NCBI GenBank assembly: GCA_002311285.1
Contig: DBZU01000074.1
Location: forward strand, 71,222 to 135,221
Reading direction: 5' to 3'
From: Dehalococcoidia bacterium UBA1152
Lineage (GTDB): Bacteria; Chloroflexota; Dehalococcoidia; Lucifugimonadales; UBA2962
DNA length: 64,000 nucleotides
Below the pieces are notes generated by a model. It was not told the DNA's origin, made no database searches, and saw only the letters and a program-made list of their open reading frames with translations. Positions 38,576 through 49,300 of this stretch are shown here, one piece after another (position 1 is the stretch's first letter; each line of letters begins with the position of its first letter). Position numbers and translations under genes: made by a program.

Positions 38576-39706
38576 TCACATTCGGAGCAGTCCCGGCATC
38601 TTTTTTAGTTCGGACATGTCTCTTATAGAAAAAAAACGATTAATAAATGGAGTTGCTGCTATCAAACTTCGTGTAGCTTGCTCGTATCCTTCGGTCCCCA
38701 GCAATGGATTGAGCCAGTAAATCGTTTTTACTTTATTAATTTTATTATTTAAAATCTTGGCTAAAAATTTTGGATCTCCGGTATCCCATCCATCACTAAT
38801 TATAAAAACAGTAGATTGTTTGTTTAACAAAGATCTATATTGATTAGCAATTTCCGATAATGATTCCCCAATTTTAGTCCCTGCTGACCAATTATTGACT
38901 TGCTGTCTTACTTGATTGACCATGTCTGTGTATGTTTTTGACTGAAGCCAATCGCTAATTCTGGTCGCAGTTGTGCTAAACACAAAAGTTTCGATCCTGG
39001 ATGTCTTTTGTGTAATAAAATAAGCTAAAGCCAACATCAATTCAGAATGTTTGTTCATTGATCCGCTTACATCGATAATCAGTATAATTTTTGCCTTTTT
39101 CTTTAGACGTTTTTTGTGAGGCAGTATTAAAAGTTCACCTCCTGTAGCAAGGTTTTTACGAAACACCGATCTTAAGTCGAAATAACCTTTTCGAGAATTT
39201 TGTTCAAACCTTCTCCCATTTCGTTTAAGAATATTAGTGACTATCAGTTCAGCAATTTTAGAAACTTCATCCAATTCCACTTTTGAGAGCAAGGATACAT
39301 TTGATTTGCCTCTATACGACTCTGAACTGGCTCCCGTTCTAACAATTCCAACCAATTTGTTTTTACTGCTTTCATCATGAATTGCTTCAGATATGATTGA
39401 CTTAGAATTATTGAATTGACGTGCTGATCCGGCCAGGTCACTATTTTTGTTGTTTTGATGAACTTGATCAGAGGTTGTTTTAAAAAACTCATTAAATAGC
39501 GAGTTAAAGATATCTATCTCGGTACAACTTGATACTAGTATCGTTCTCATAGTCCAGTAAACACTGTTTGGATAGGACAGGTCCGTTATTGAAATGGCCT
39601 TCAAAACATCAGAAACTTCTGAAGGACCAATTTTTAAACCATTTCTTCGGAGCTGCTGACAGAACAGTGTTATTTGATCAGTTATATCAAGATTTAATTT
39701 TGACAT
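38576..39706 (-). CDS. VWA-domain protein (CoxE-like)
   Basis: 376 aa with a CoxE-like N-terminus and the MIDAS motif DVSGSM in the C-terminal VWA domain. Confidence 0.78.
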   Translation of the reverse strand: MSKLNLDITDQITLFCQQLRRNGLKIGPSEVSDVLKAISITDLSYPNSVYWTMRTILVSSCTEIDIFNSLFNEFFKTTSDQVHQNNKNSDLAGSARQFNNSKSIISEAIHDESSKNKLVGIVRTGASSESYRGKSNVSLLSKVELDEVSKIAELIVTNILKRNGRRFEQNSRKGYFDLRSVFRKNLATGGELLILPHKKRLKKKAKIILIIDVSGSMNKHSELMLALAYFITQKTSRIETFVFSTTATRISDWLQSKTYTDMVNQVRQQVNNWSAGTKIGESLSEIANQYRSLLNKQSTVFIISDGWDTGDPKFLAKILNNKINKVKTIYWLNPLLGTEGYEQATRSLIAATPFINRFFSIRDMSELKKMPGLLRM

Positions 39707-39856
39707 TTAAGAGATACGCTTTTGTAAACGATATCATAGGTAATTTATTGTGCTATTATCTGGAATGAAGTATGGGATTTGCCTAGATTTAAAATCAGTC
39801 AAATTTACCAAAATTATTTGTTCCAATAAACGTGAAGCACGGGAGGATACTAGATT

Positions 39857-40762
39857 ATGAAAAATGAAAGGGTTGCATATGTAAACGGACAAATCACGCC
39901 GGAAATAGAGGCTAAAATTTCTTACAATGATGTAGGTTTCCTTTACGGCGATGCTGTATTTGATACTACACGGACTTTTGGAGGGAAGATTTTTAGACTT
40001 GATCAGCATCTTGACCGACTCTTTAACTCATTAAAATATATGAGACTCGACCCTTTGATGACAAAAGAAGAAATGAGTGCGGTCACTATTGATGTATTAG
40101 AACGCAATTTACCTTTGTTAAAAGAAAATGAAGATTATTGGGTATCGCAAAGGGTAAGCCGAGGCGTTCGTCAGGATTTAGGAGGTGTGTCTAATCCTAC
40201 GGTTGTAATTGAAACCTTTCCATTGCCTCTTAAACAACGAGCATCGCTCTACAGAGATGGATTAGAACTTGTAACTCCATCAATAAGACGTACGTCTCCA
40301 GAATCCCAAAGCCCTAGAGCAAAAGTACATAATTATATAAATATTATTCAGGCTGATTTAGAAGTCAAATCTCAAAATGCAAATGCTTCTGCCTTGCTTC
40401 TAGATGTACATGGAAATCTATGCGAAGGAAATGGAGCAAACATATTTTTGGTCAAGGATGGGGAAATTTTTACACCTCACGAGCAATATATTTTAGCCGG
40501 TATTAGCCGTCAAGTAACCATTGACTTGGCTCATGAACTGGGAATAAATATTACAGAGAAAAACCTCGATCTATATGATGCTTATACAGCAGATGAAATT
40601 TTTGTAACCTCAACAAGTTATTGTATATGTCCAGTGGTATCTGTTAACGGATCAAAATCTGTCAATGGAGATATACCGGGACCAGTAACTAAGCGTCTGA
40701 CTGGCGCATACTCGGGCATGGTAGGTATAGATATTGTTGAACAGTATCTAGCACATTTATGA
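39857..40762 (+). CDS. Class IV (branched-chain/D-amino acid) aminotransferase
   Basis: 301 aa with the GDAVFDTTRTF motif and a lysine in the ..PRAKVHNY.. context. Strong GGGAGGA Shine-Dalgarno sequence. Confidence 0.85.
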   Translation: MKNERVAYVNGQITPEIEAKISYNDVGFLYGDAVFDTTRTFGGKIFRLDQHLDRLFNSLKYMRLDPLMTKEEMSAVTIDVLERNLPLLKENEDYWVSQRVSRGVRQDLGGVSNPTVVIETFPLPLKQRASLYRDGLELVTPSIRRTSPESQSPRAKVHNYINIIQADLEVKSQNANASALLLDVHGNLCEGNGANIFLVKDGEIFTPHEQYILAGISRQVTIDLAHELGINITEKNLDLYDAYTADEIFVTSTSYCICPVVSVNGSKSVNGDIPGPVTKRLTGAYSGMVGIDIVEQYLAHL

Positions 40763-40809
40763 GATCACAAGAACAGAAAACTTAAGATTAAAGATCCGAG
40801 TTTTATTTT

Positions 40810-41973
40810 ATGAAAGATCTGTTTCCAAAAATCATGCTAACTCACACTGACGGTGTCATTGATTTAGCTTGGGGGCACCCATCCGAAAACCTCCATCCAT
40901 TAAGTGCGCTGCAGCCGGCCATCGACTCGATTTTTGCAAATGATGACGTTGCTGCACTTCAGTATAGCGGATACCAAGGATACGGACCTCTTATAGAATC
41001 ATTAAGTCAATATTTGTCAGACGAACCTTCGTACACTAACAAAATTGAAGGTCGTGAACTTTATCTTGGTTATGGAGCATCTCATGGTCTGGATTTAGCA
41101 TGCACTTTGTTTACGAAGACTGGTGATACAGTCTTGGTTGAAGAGCCTAGTTACTATTTAGTCCGTCAGATTTTGATTGACCATGGATTAACTATAGTAG
41201 GCGTTCCAACTGATAATGAAGGGATGGTGACAGAGGACTTGGAACAGATTATTCAATCACATAAAAACTCTGTTAAGCTCTTATATCTTATTCCGTCGTA
41301 TCACAATCCAATGGGAAGCGTAATGTCCCATGCACGGCGTGAGAAAATTATAGAGTTAGCTGATAAATATAATTTTCTAATTGCCGCAGATGAAGCTTAC
41401 CATTTGCTTTATTATTATGATCCTCCTCCACCGACAATGGCCTCTCTAGCCAATTCTGATCAAGGAAGTGTCGTCTCACTAGGGTCATTCTCTAAAATAC
41501 TTGCGCCCGGAATAAAATTAGGCTGGGTGCAGTCTAAGCCGTCGTTAGTGGATAAATTTACTAATTCAGGTGCTAATTTTAGTGGTGGCAATAATAATTT
41601 TGCCGCAGCGATTGTCGACATTGCTATTCGAAAGGGGATTTTATCTAAACATATCAATCTACTGCGGCGTACTTATAGATCAAGAATGGAAGTAATGGCT
41701 ACTGCATTGGAAACTCACATTCCCGATGCAAAATTTTGCAAACCTCACGGTGGATACTATTTTTGGATCACCTTTCCAGAACAAATTGATGCTTTAGTTT
41801 TAGAAAAATATGCTTTGGAAGAAGGTGTAACATTGAGACCTGGCGTAGCATTTTCTGGAGAGAATTTATTTTCAAACTGTATCAGATTGTGTTTTGCTTT
41901 ATCTGATATTGAACAGATACCGGAGGGTATATACAGACTTAGCAAGGCATACTCTAGGCATGTTCTCGGATAG
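40810..41973 (+). CDS. Class I/II PLP-dependent aminotransferase
   Basis: 387 aa with the SYHNP and SFSKILAPGIKLGW (PLP lysine) motifs. Confidence 0.85.
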   Translation: MKDLFPKIMLTHTDGVIDLAWGHPSENLHPLSALQPAIDSIFANDDVAALQYSGYQGYGPLIESLSQYLSDEPSYTNKIEGRELYLGYGASHGLDLACTLFTKTGDTVLVEEPSYYLVRQILIDHGLTIVGVPTDNEGMVTEDLEQIIQSHKNSVKLLYLIPSYHNPMGSVMSHARREKIIELADKYNFLIAADEAYHLLYYYDPPPPTMASLANSDQGSVVSLGSFSKILAPGIKLGWVQSKPSLVDKFTNSGANFSGGNNNFAAAIVDIAIRKGILSKHINLLRRTYRSRMEVMATALETHIPDAKFCKPHGGYYFWITFPEQIDALVLEKYALEEGVTLRPGVAFSGENLFSNCIRLCFALSDIEQIPEGIYRLSKAYSRHVLG

Positions 41974-41979
41974 GAGATA

Positions 41980-42267
41980 TTAAACTCCATCGACTAGAAT
42001 AATGTCAGATTTTGTATACTTTTTACGTATTTCTTTCCACTGTGCATATTCTGGGCCATCATAAAAATCCAATGCATCTTTTCTGCTGGGAAATTCAATA
42101 ACCACTAAACGATTGGGGCTCCAGCTGCCCTCATGTTTTGTAATATTTCCGCCTCTAACTAGGTATTTACCACCATGTTTAGCTGATATCTTTGGCACTT
42201 CTAACAAATACTCCTTGTATTTCTCAGGCTCGTTAACATTAACTTCTCCTATTAGGTAAGTAGACAT
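41980..42267 (-). CDS. DUF1330 family protein
   Basis: A 95-aa core (MSTYLIGEVNV..) starts at the ATG at 42267, preceded by AAGGAG. The longer 129-aa track ORF would run into the divergent E1-alpha gene. Confidence 0.65.
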   Translation of the reverse strand: MSTYLIGEVNVNEPEKYKEYLLEVPKISAKHGGKYLVRGGNITKHEGSWSPNRLVVIEFPSRKDALDFYDGPEYAQWKEIRKKYTKSDIILVDGV

Positions 42268-42313
42268 TTTTGTTGTACTCCTTGCGATATTTTGACATTG
42301 TATAATCCAACTC

Positions 42314-43315
42314 ATGTCTAAAAAACAGTCCAATAACAAACCTGATGTTGGGGTAATCCCTGCCGACACACTCCTTGAAGTTTACAAAACTATGGTTCAG
42401 AGTAGATTTTTAGATGAAAGAGTATGGCAACTTAATCGTCAGGGTCGAGCAGCCTTGGTAGCTTCTTCTCAAGGGCATGAGGCTGTGCAAATTGCATCAG
42501 TTTTTGCGTTACAAAAAGGTAATGACCTTTTTTACACGTATTACCGTGATTTAGCCGTGATGGTTGCTTTAGGAGTTACTCCTCGCCAGATAATGCTTGG
42601 ATATATGGCAAAATCCGGAGAGCCAATGAGTGGGGCTCGCCAATTTCCTACCCAAGGTGCTATGCCTAATCTGGGATTGATTAATCTGTCAAACGTTGTA
42701 GCCACGCAGCTACCACAAGCGGTTGGAGCAGCTTTAGGATGCGTGCAAAAGAAATCAAACGCGGTTGTAGCCGTATATTTTGGCGATGGAGCTTCTTCTA
42801 CTGGCGATTGTCATGAAGCAATGAATTTTGCCTCAATTCATCAATTGCCAGTCATATTTATCTGTGAGAACAATGGTTATGCCATTTCCGTACCTTTATC
42901 TAAACAAATGGCTATTAAAAAAATCTCAGTTCGTGCTGCTAGCTACAATATGCCTGGAATTACAATTGACGGGACAGACGTAGGCGCAGTTTTTAAGAGC
43001 GTTTCTGAGGCTGCAGATCGTGCCAGATCAGGGAATGGACCTACATTGATTGAGGCAATGGTCGAACGTTATTTGCCGCATACTGGTGATGATGATGATA
43101 AAAGATATAGATCGAAAGAAGAACTGAAACAGGCCAGGAAAAAGGACCCAGTAGCAATCTTAAAAGTACTTTTAAAAACTAATAATATTTTGAATGAAGA
43201 GACTGACGCTGAAATTAATAAAATTGCAAAAGAAAAAATCGATGATGCAACAGAGTATGGGGAATCAGCTCCGTATCCAGACGCTGGCACATTTTATGAT
43301 CACGTGTACTCATAA
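42314..43315 (+). CDS. bkdA1: Branched-chain 2-oxoacid dehydrogenase E1 alpha subunit
   Basis: 333 aa with the TPP motif GDGASSTGD...NN and a YLPHTGDDDDKRYR loop typical of BCKDH-type E1 alpha. Confidence 0.82.
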   Translation: MSKKQSNNKPDVGVIPADTLLEVYKTMVQSRFLDERVWQLNRQGRAALVASSQGHEAVQIASVFALQKGNDLFYTYYRDLAVMVALGVTPRQIMLGYMAKSGEPMSGARQFPTQGAMPNLGLINLSNVVATQLPQAVGAALGCVQKKSNAVVAVYFGDGASSTGDCHEAMNFASIHQLPVIFICENNGYAISVPLSKQMAIKKISVRAASYNMPGITIDGTDVGAVFKSVSEAADRARSGNGPTLIEAMVERYLPHTGDDDDKRYRSKEELKQARKKDPVAILKVLLKTNNILNEETDAEINKIAKEKIDDATEYGESAPYPDAGTFYDHVYS

Positions 43316-43342
43316 TATTTATAAATTTTAGGTTTATTACTA

Positions 43343-44326
43343 ATGCAAGAAATAAATATAATTGAGGCGGTTCGTCAAGCTATGTATGAGGAAATGGATA
43401 GAGACGACACTGTCTTTATTTTAGGTGAAGATATAGGCGTCAGAGGTGGTGTATTTTTAGCGACTGATGGATTTCTTGAGTCCTTTGGAGCAGGCAGAGT
43501 GATAGATACGCCTATTTCCGAATCTGCTATTGCAGGAATAGCTTTGGGAGCTGCGATGCAAGGAATGAGACCAATTGTTGAGATTGAATTCGCAGATTTT
43601 ATGTGGCCCGTTTTCAATCAGATTTTAGGTGAGGCTGCAAGGATTAGGTACGGGACGGAAGGAAAATTACAAGCACCATTAGTTTTAAGAGCACCTTATG
43701 GAGGAGGTATTAGAGGAGGTTTATATCATTCCCAAAGCCCTGAGGCATATTTTGCCCATACCCCTGGCCTCAAAGTTGTGGCTCCGGCAACTCCATTTGA
43801 TGCAAAAGGTTTACTTAAGGCTGCAATTAGAGATAATGATCCAGTAATTTTCTTGGAACACAAAAAAACTTATAGGCTAGTTAAAGGTCAAGTTCCAACA
43901 GAAGAATACACGGTCCCAATTGGCAAAGCAGATGTAAAACTGGAAGGTGAAGACATTACAATAGTGACTTATGGATTAATGCTACATCATTGTGTTGAAG
44001 CTGCTAGAATTGTTAAAGAAAACAACATCAGTGTTGAGGTAATCGATTTACGTACTTTGCGTCCAATCGATCATAAAACTTTGGTTACCTCTGTAATGAA
44101 GACAGGTAAAGTTTTGATAGTTCATGAAGATACGCAGGCGTTAGGAATAGGGGCCGAAGTATCAGCGATTTTAGCAGAAGAAGTTTTCGATTATTTGGAC
44201 GCACCTATCAGAAGACTCGCTGGCCCAGAGGTGCCAGCGATGCCATTTAGTCCAACTTTAGAAGGCGAGTTTATGATTGTTTCTCAAGACATTGTAAATG
44301 CGTTAGCACATTTATCAGAGTATTAA
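43343..44326 (+). CDS. bkdA2: Branched-chain 2-oxoacid dehydrogenase E1 beta subunit
   Basis: 327 aa transketolase-like pyrimidine-binding and C-terminal domains (DTPISE, EFADF). Confidence 0.88.
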   Translation: MQEINIIEAVRQAMYEEMDRDDTVFILGEDIGVRGGVFLATDGFLESFGAGRVIDTPISESAIAGIALGAAMQGMRPIVEIEFADFMWPVFNQILGEAARIRYGTEGKLQAPLVLRAPYGGGIRGGLYHSQSPEAYFAHTPGLKVVAPATPFDAKGLLKAAIRDNDPVIFLEHKKTYRLVKGQVPTEEYTVPIGKADVKLEGEDITIVTYGLMLHHCVEAARIVKENNISVEVIDLRTLRPIDHKTLVTSVMKTGKVLIVHEDTQALGIGAEVSAILAEEVFDYLDAPIRRLAGPEVPAMPFSPTLEGEFMIVSQDIVNALAHLSEY

Positions 44327-44328
44327 TT

Positions 44329-45630
44329 ATGGAAATTGTTTTACCACAATTAGCTGAATCTATTACTGAGGCTATTATTGGGAAATGGCTGGCCGTTGAG
44401 GGTCAAGAAATAGATAAATATCAACCCTTAGTGGAAGTTATAACCGATAAGGTAAATGTTGAAATGCCTTCACCAGTTTCAGGCCGTTTAGTCAAAATCA
44501 TCGCAGCGGAAGGTGAAACAATCTTGGTCGGATCGGTTTTAGCTGACATTAAAACATCCGAAGAAGGAAAAGGTAAACTACAATCACCTCCCCCCAGTTC
44601 TAATTTAGATACCTTAGGGGGATTTATATCTGGCGCACCTCCAGTTGGGCCTACAGGCGCGGCCAATGTTCCTCAGAACGATGAATCTAAGAAATCGACT
44701 GTCGCACAAGATGCTTCTGAAAAGACTGCAAAATTAAAACTATCTCCTGCTGTTAAAAAACTTGTTGAAAAACATAATGTCGATGTAGGTGAGCTTTCCG
44801 GCACAGGAAAATTTGGTCGTGTAACCCGAAAGGATGTGCAGTTGTATTTACACTCTACTCAAGGCACTAATCTGGACGAAACTGATGATAATGACACTAA
44901 AATTCGCATGGATCCGATTCGCAAAATAACGGCTAAAAACATGTCCCTTAGTGCTGCTGAGATACCTGATGCATGGTTAACAATTGAAGCAGATATAACG
45001 GACTTAGTCTTGTTAAGACAATCTATCAAACAAAGCTTTTATAGTAGTAATAGTTTTCATATAACATACTTGGCATTTGCTGTTTATGCCGCCTGTAAGG
45101 CTATTCAAACACATCCTGTCATAAATGCCTCTTTTAAAAATGATGAAATCGTATTACATGCTGACTTAAATATAGGGATAGCGGTGGCTGGGCCATCTGG
45201 CCTTATTGTCCCGGTTATTAAAAATGTTGTAGACAAATCTATAACATCTATTGCACATGAGATTGATCGTTTGATTGACAAAGTAAATTCCGGAAAACTG
45301 ACTCATTCAGATGTTACGCATGGTACATTTACTGTGAACAACACCGGGGCACTAGGATCCAATTTATCTATCCCCATAATTGTGCCAGGGCAAGCTTCAA
45401 TTCTAACTACTGAATTGGTAACCAAGAAGCCAGTAGTAGTTCAAGCAGATGTTAACCGGGCTTCTACTCAAACAGTGCTTGACGGGGAACATGCCATCGA
45501 AATTAGATCAATGATGAATTTATGCTTAAGTTTTGATCATAGGATTATGGATGGAGTGGAGGCAGCAGGATTTTTGAATGATGTAAAACAAAATATGGAA
45601 TCGTTTTCTTCCGGCACGTCTCTCGTCTAA
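44329..45630 (+). CDS. bkdB: Lipoamide acyltransferase (E2) of the branched-chain 2-oxoacid dehydrogenase complex
   Basis: Lipoyl domain (VITDKVNVEMPSP), a subunit-binding domain (SPAVKKLV) and the catalytic FDHRIMDG motif. Confidence 0.88.
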   Translation: MEIVLPQLAESITEAIIGKWLAVEGQEIDKYQPLVEVITDKVNVEMPSPVSGRLVKIIAAEGETILVGSVLADIKTSEEGKGKLQSPPPSSNLDTLGGFISGAPPVGPTGAANVPQNDESKKSTVAQDASEKTAKLKLSPAVKKLVEKHNVDVGELSGTGKFGRVTRKDVQLYLHSTQGTNLDETDDNDTKIRMDPIRKITAKNMSLSAAEIPDAWLTIEADITDLVLLRQSIKQSFYSSNSFHITYLAFAVYAACKAIQTHPVINASFKNDEIVLHADLNIGIAVAGPSGLIVPVIKNVVDKSITSIAHEIDRLIDKVNSGKLTHSDVTHGTFTVNNTGALGSNLSIPIIVPGQASILTTELVTKKPVVVQADVNRASTQTVLDGEHAIEIRSMMNLCLSFDHRIMDGVEAAGFLNDVKQNMESFSSGTSLV

Positions 45631-45640
45631 TAATACAAAA

Positions 45641-46315
45641 ATGTCAAACAAGCATAAAGATATCAGGGCAATATGGTTAGGGCCATCTGATTTTATGGAA
45701 ACCTGGACTCTTCAAAAAAGATTAGCAGTGCAAATAACGGAAGGATTGGAACCAGAAACCTTATTGCTGTTAGAACATAATAACGTTTATACACTTGGTA
45801 GAAGAGGAACTACAGATGATATTTTATTGTCGTCAAAGAAACTTAGAGATATGGGAATAGAGGTGCATCATATAGATCGTGGTGGGCAAGTTACTTATCA
45901 CGGCCCCGGCCAATTGGTTGCATATACGATATTAAATGTAAAAAATATTGGAGGTCCATTAAGATTGATTTGTGCTTTGCAAGAAACTATGTTGGACGCA
46001 TTGTCAAAATTTGGAATTAGTGCCAATTGCGCAAATCGTCCGACAGGAGTTTGGGTAGAGGATTCAAAAATCGGTGCTATTGGACTACGTGTAAGTAAAG
46101 GCTACTCCACACACGGATTTGCTTTAAATGTTTCGCCTGATTTAAAACTATTTGATCACATTATCCCTTGTGGCATGACTGGCGCGAAAGTAACTTCCCT
46201 AGAAGAACTCTCAGTTGATGTAAGTGTAACAACATTTGCGAAAACAGTGGCTGATTCACTGGGCAAGTCATTGAAGCGAAATATATTCTGGGCTGAGCAA
46301 AGAAAACTTTATTAA
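45641..46315 (+). CDS. lipB: Octanoyltransferase
   Basis: 224 aa with the RGGQVTYHGPGQLV motif and the catalytic cysteine context IIPCG. Confidence 0.9.
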   Translation: MSNKHKDIRAIWLGPSDFMETWTLQKRLAVQITEGLEPETLLLLEHNNVYTLGRRGTTDDILLSSKKLRDMGIEVHHIDRGGQVTYHGPGQLVAYTILNVKNIGGPLRLICALQETMLDALSKFGISANCANRPTGVWVEDSKIGAIGLRVSKGYSTHGFALNVSPDLKLFDHIIPCGMTGAKVTSLEELSVDVSVTTFAKTVADSLGKSLKRNIFWAEQRKLY

Positions 46316-46333
46316 GATCGCTTATACACTATA

Positions 46334-49300
46334 ATGAAAGTTTGGAATATGCCCAACATTGTTAAACCAATAAACACCCTAAGTATCCTTAGTCTTATAC
46401 AAAATAGACTACTCAATGAGTGGAAGCTTATGTTGGCAATATTCGCCGGGGTATTAGTCGCAGCTATTTTGATATCAGGCGCCCCGATATATCTGAAATC
46501 ACTTGAGCGTATTAGTGTTAATGCTGCATTTGATCAAACTTCAAATGTGACATTGAATGCCCTTGTGTACACTCCGAATATAGTACTTTCACAAAATTCT
46601 CTGGAAGAATCTCAAAAAATAATTGATTTAGTAGTCAATGAACAAATCAGTGATGTTTATGTTGATGAACGACGCTTAATTAGAAGCCCAAATTATTTAG
46701 CCGGACTACCGTATAGAGCTTTAGAAACTCGAATGGTTTCACGTGGCTATGTTCAATATATGGAGAACATTGAACAGAATATTGTGTTTCTAGATGGACG
46801 TATGGCAACTAATAGTGTGATTGAAGGACCTCGTGGGCCAGTAATTGAGGTGATACTTGGGAAGCCATCATTAGATATATATGATTTAAACATTGGTGAC
46901 ATCGTTGAGCTTACAACCTTTATTGATAACGAGATACGTATATCTGCAAAAATTACCGGAATATTTGAACCGGTTGATTCAAAAGCAGCCTTTTGGAGAG
47001 AAAATTCGGCAACTTTTCTGAAACCAGCCCCGCTTGAAGAGTCAGTACAAAAAGGAGTTACTGTTGATCCAGACGAGCCTCCATTGCCATTTTTTTCTAC
47101 TCAAAAAACTTTGACACAAGGCATATCTAAAGCTTATCCAGGAACAATAGTGAGTTCTTCATGGCTTATATTTTTAGATCGTGAAAATTTAAAGCAGTAT
47201 GATGTCGCTGAGGCAAAATCACGGTTTGCTAATTTCCGTAAGGATATAGCTTTGTCATTACCAGGTTCTTTTGTATTGTCGATTGTGCCTAAAGTTTTAG
47301 AGACATATGAAAAAAGAAGCTTATATACAAGTATCCCCTTACTGTTGCTCCTTACTTTAATGGTAGTAACAGTTCTTTATTACATGTCAATGATGGTTTC
47401 ATACCTGGTAAAGAGTCGAGAGGAAGATGTTATTCGGCTTCGGACTAGAGGAATTAGCGTACTTAAACTTTTTCAAGTTTATGTAATTGAAATTTCAGTT
47501 TTAACCATTTTGGCTGTAGCGGTTGCTCCATTTATTTCGATGGGATTAATCGCGATTGCTGGTAAGTTGCCATATTTTAAGGCAATCACTTTTGGAGATT
47601 TAATCCCAGTAGACATGTCCTGGGAGCCTTTTGTAGCCGCAGCTGCTTTAGGCGTTTTATGCCTATTAATATATACAGTAGCAGGACTAATTGCTGCTCG
47701 TTCAGGCGTAATTTCTTATCGACTAAGATTATCTCGGCCACTGCTGTCTCCTTTCTTTCAAAAGTACTATATAGATATAGGGTTTTTGATTATTGGTGGA
47801 ATTGTTTTTTGGGAACTCCAAACAAGAGGGAGTTTTTTATCAGGCGATATGTCAAATAATGCACAGTTAAATGAGGGATTACTATTCGCACCTGTGCTTT
47901 TCTTGATAGGCGTTGCCTTGATATTTATGCGCTTATTTCCTTTAGTGGTTCGGTATGTTGCAGGAGAATCTGTGTCGTTAGTGAACCTGATTACAGTGTT
48001 TACTTTGATTATGATTGGCCCTGTATATGCCTTCCAGTCATTTATTGGTGAAAACAACTTTAATTGGATTGTGCAACTATTGATCGCTGGAGGATTGTTA
48101 GTCACCTATAGATGGATTGAGCCAAAATTACTAACAGGCCTCAACAAATCTGCATTGAGCCTATTTGTTGGTTTAATAATTCAAATCGGACTTATTTGTG
48201 TTTATTTTTATCTATCAGCATCGACATCGCATTTGTTGTTTAATACGGTCATTAGCTTACTGATATCTCTAGTTCCATTGCAGATACTATTTATAGTTTT
48301 GCGATACTTTTCCAATAGATGGCCTATATGGATATCTATGAGTTTATGGCATATGGCACGCAATCCGTTTCAATATAGTTGGCTTGTTTTATTACTTGTG
48401 CTCATAACAGGTATGGCCGTTTTGTCAACGACTGTTGGAGGCACATTGGACAGAAGTCAAGTTGAAAGAGTTTTGCACCAAACAGGTGCAGAGATTAGAG
48501 TTACCGGACTTCCCTCAGATAAAAGTAAAGGAATTGATGAGACTAAGAAATTTTATAGAAATATAGATGGAGTTTCTGAATTAGCATTAGCATTCAGAGG
48601 TGTTGCAACAATTGGCCTAACAGGCGCGGGTTATCAGTTTGATGTTTTGGGCATACAACCAGGTGAGTTTAATAAAATTGCTTGGTTTAGAGATGATTAT
48701 GCGGATACTACTCTGAATAATCTAATGACGGATCTACAGAATGAAGCCAATATTGAACAACTAATACTTCCAGTAGATGCTACGGAGATTGGCATTTATG
48801 TTAAACCTGCTGAGGTATACCCAAATATATTTGTATGGCTCGTGGTAGAAGATAATCGAGGCATAGTACGTACTGTGAGTTTAGGCAGGACGGCCGAGGC
48901 GCAATGGCAGTCACTCAAAGCTACTATCCCTGATAGTTTAATTGGCCCGATAAAATTATTGTCAGTGCAGATATATGAACCCGTTTTAGGCCCTAATGGT
49001 TCTATTGGATCGATGCAATTTGATGACATTTTTGTGACAACAGATTCGACTGTCGACTCACGTGACAAAGGCAATAAAATAGTCGTGGAAGATTTTGAAG
49101 ACAAATTGAGTTGGAGGACTCTAGTCTCCTCACCTCTAGCTACTCACCAGCTGTCCACTACTAATTTAGATGCTAATTCGGGACAACGCAGCGCACAATT
49201 TGATTTTGGAAAGGATACTTCTGAAGGAATCAGAGGGTTTTATTTCGCTCCTTCTGGAGGACTGGTTCCAGTCATCATAAATGAGTCATTATCTTTGTCT

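Noticed and set aside
39734-40009. 91-aa minus-strand ORF spanning the divergent spacer and the 5' end of the class IV aminotransferase
   Set aside because: It overlaps a well-supported gene on the other strand and the AT-rich promoter region. It has no motifs.
42268-42369. N-terminal 34-aa extension of the DUF1330 ORF (track 41980..42369)
   Set aside because: The extension would overlap the divergent E1 alpha coding start at 42314. An internal ATG at 42267 with an AAGGAG Shine-Dalgarno sequence gives the typical roughly 95-aa DUF1330 length.
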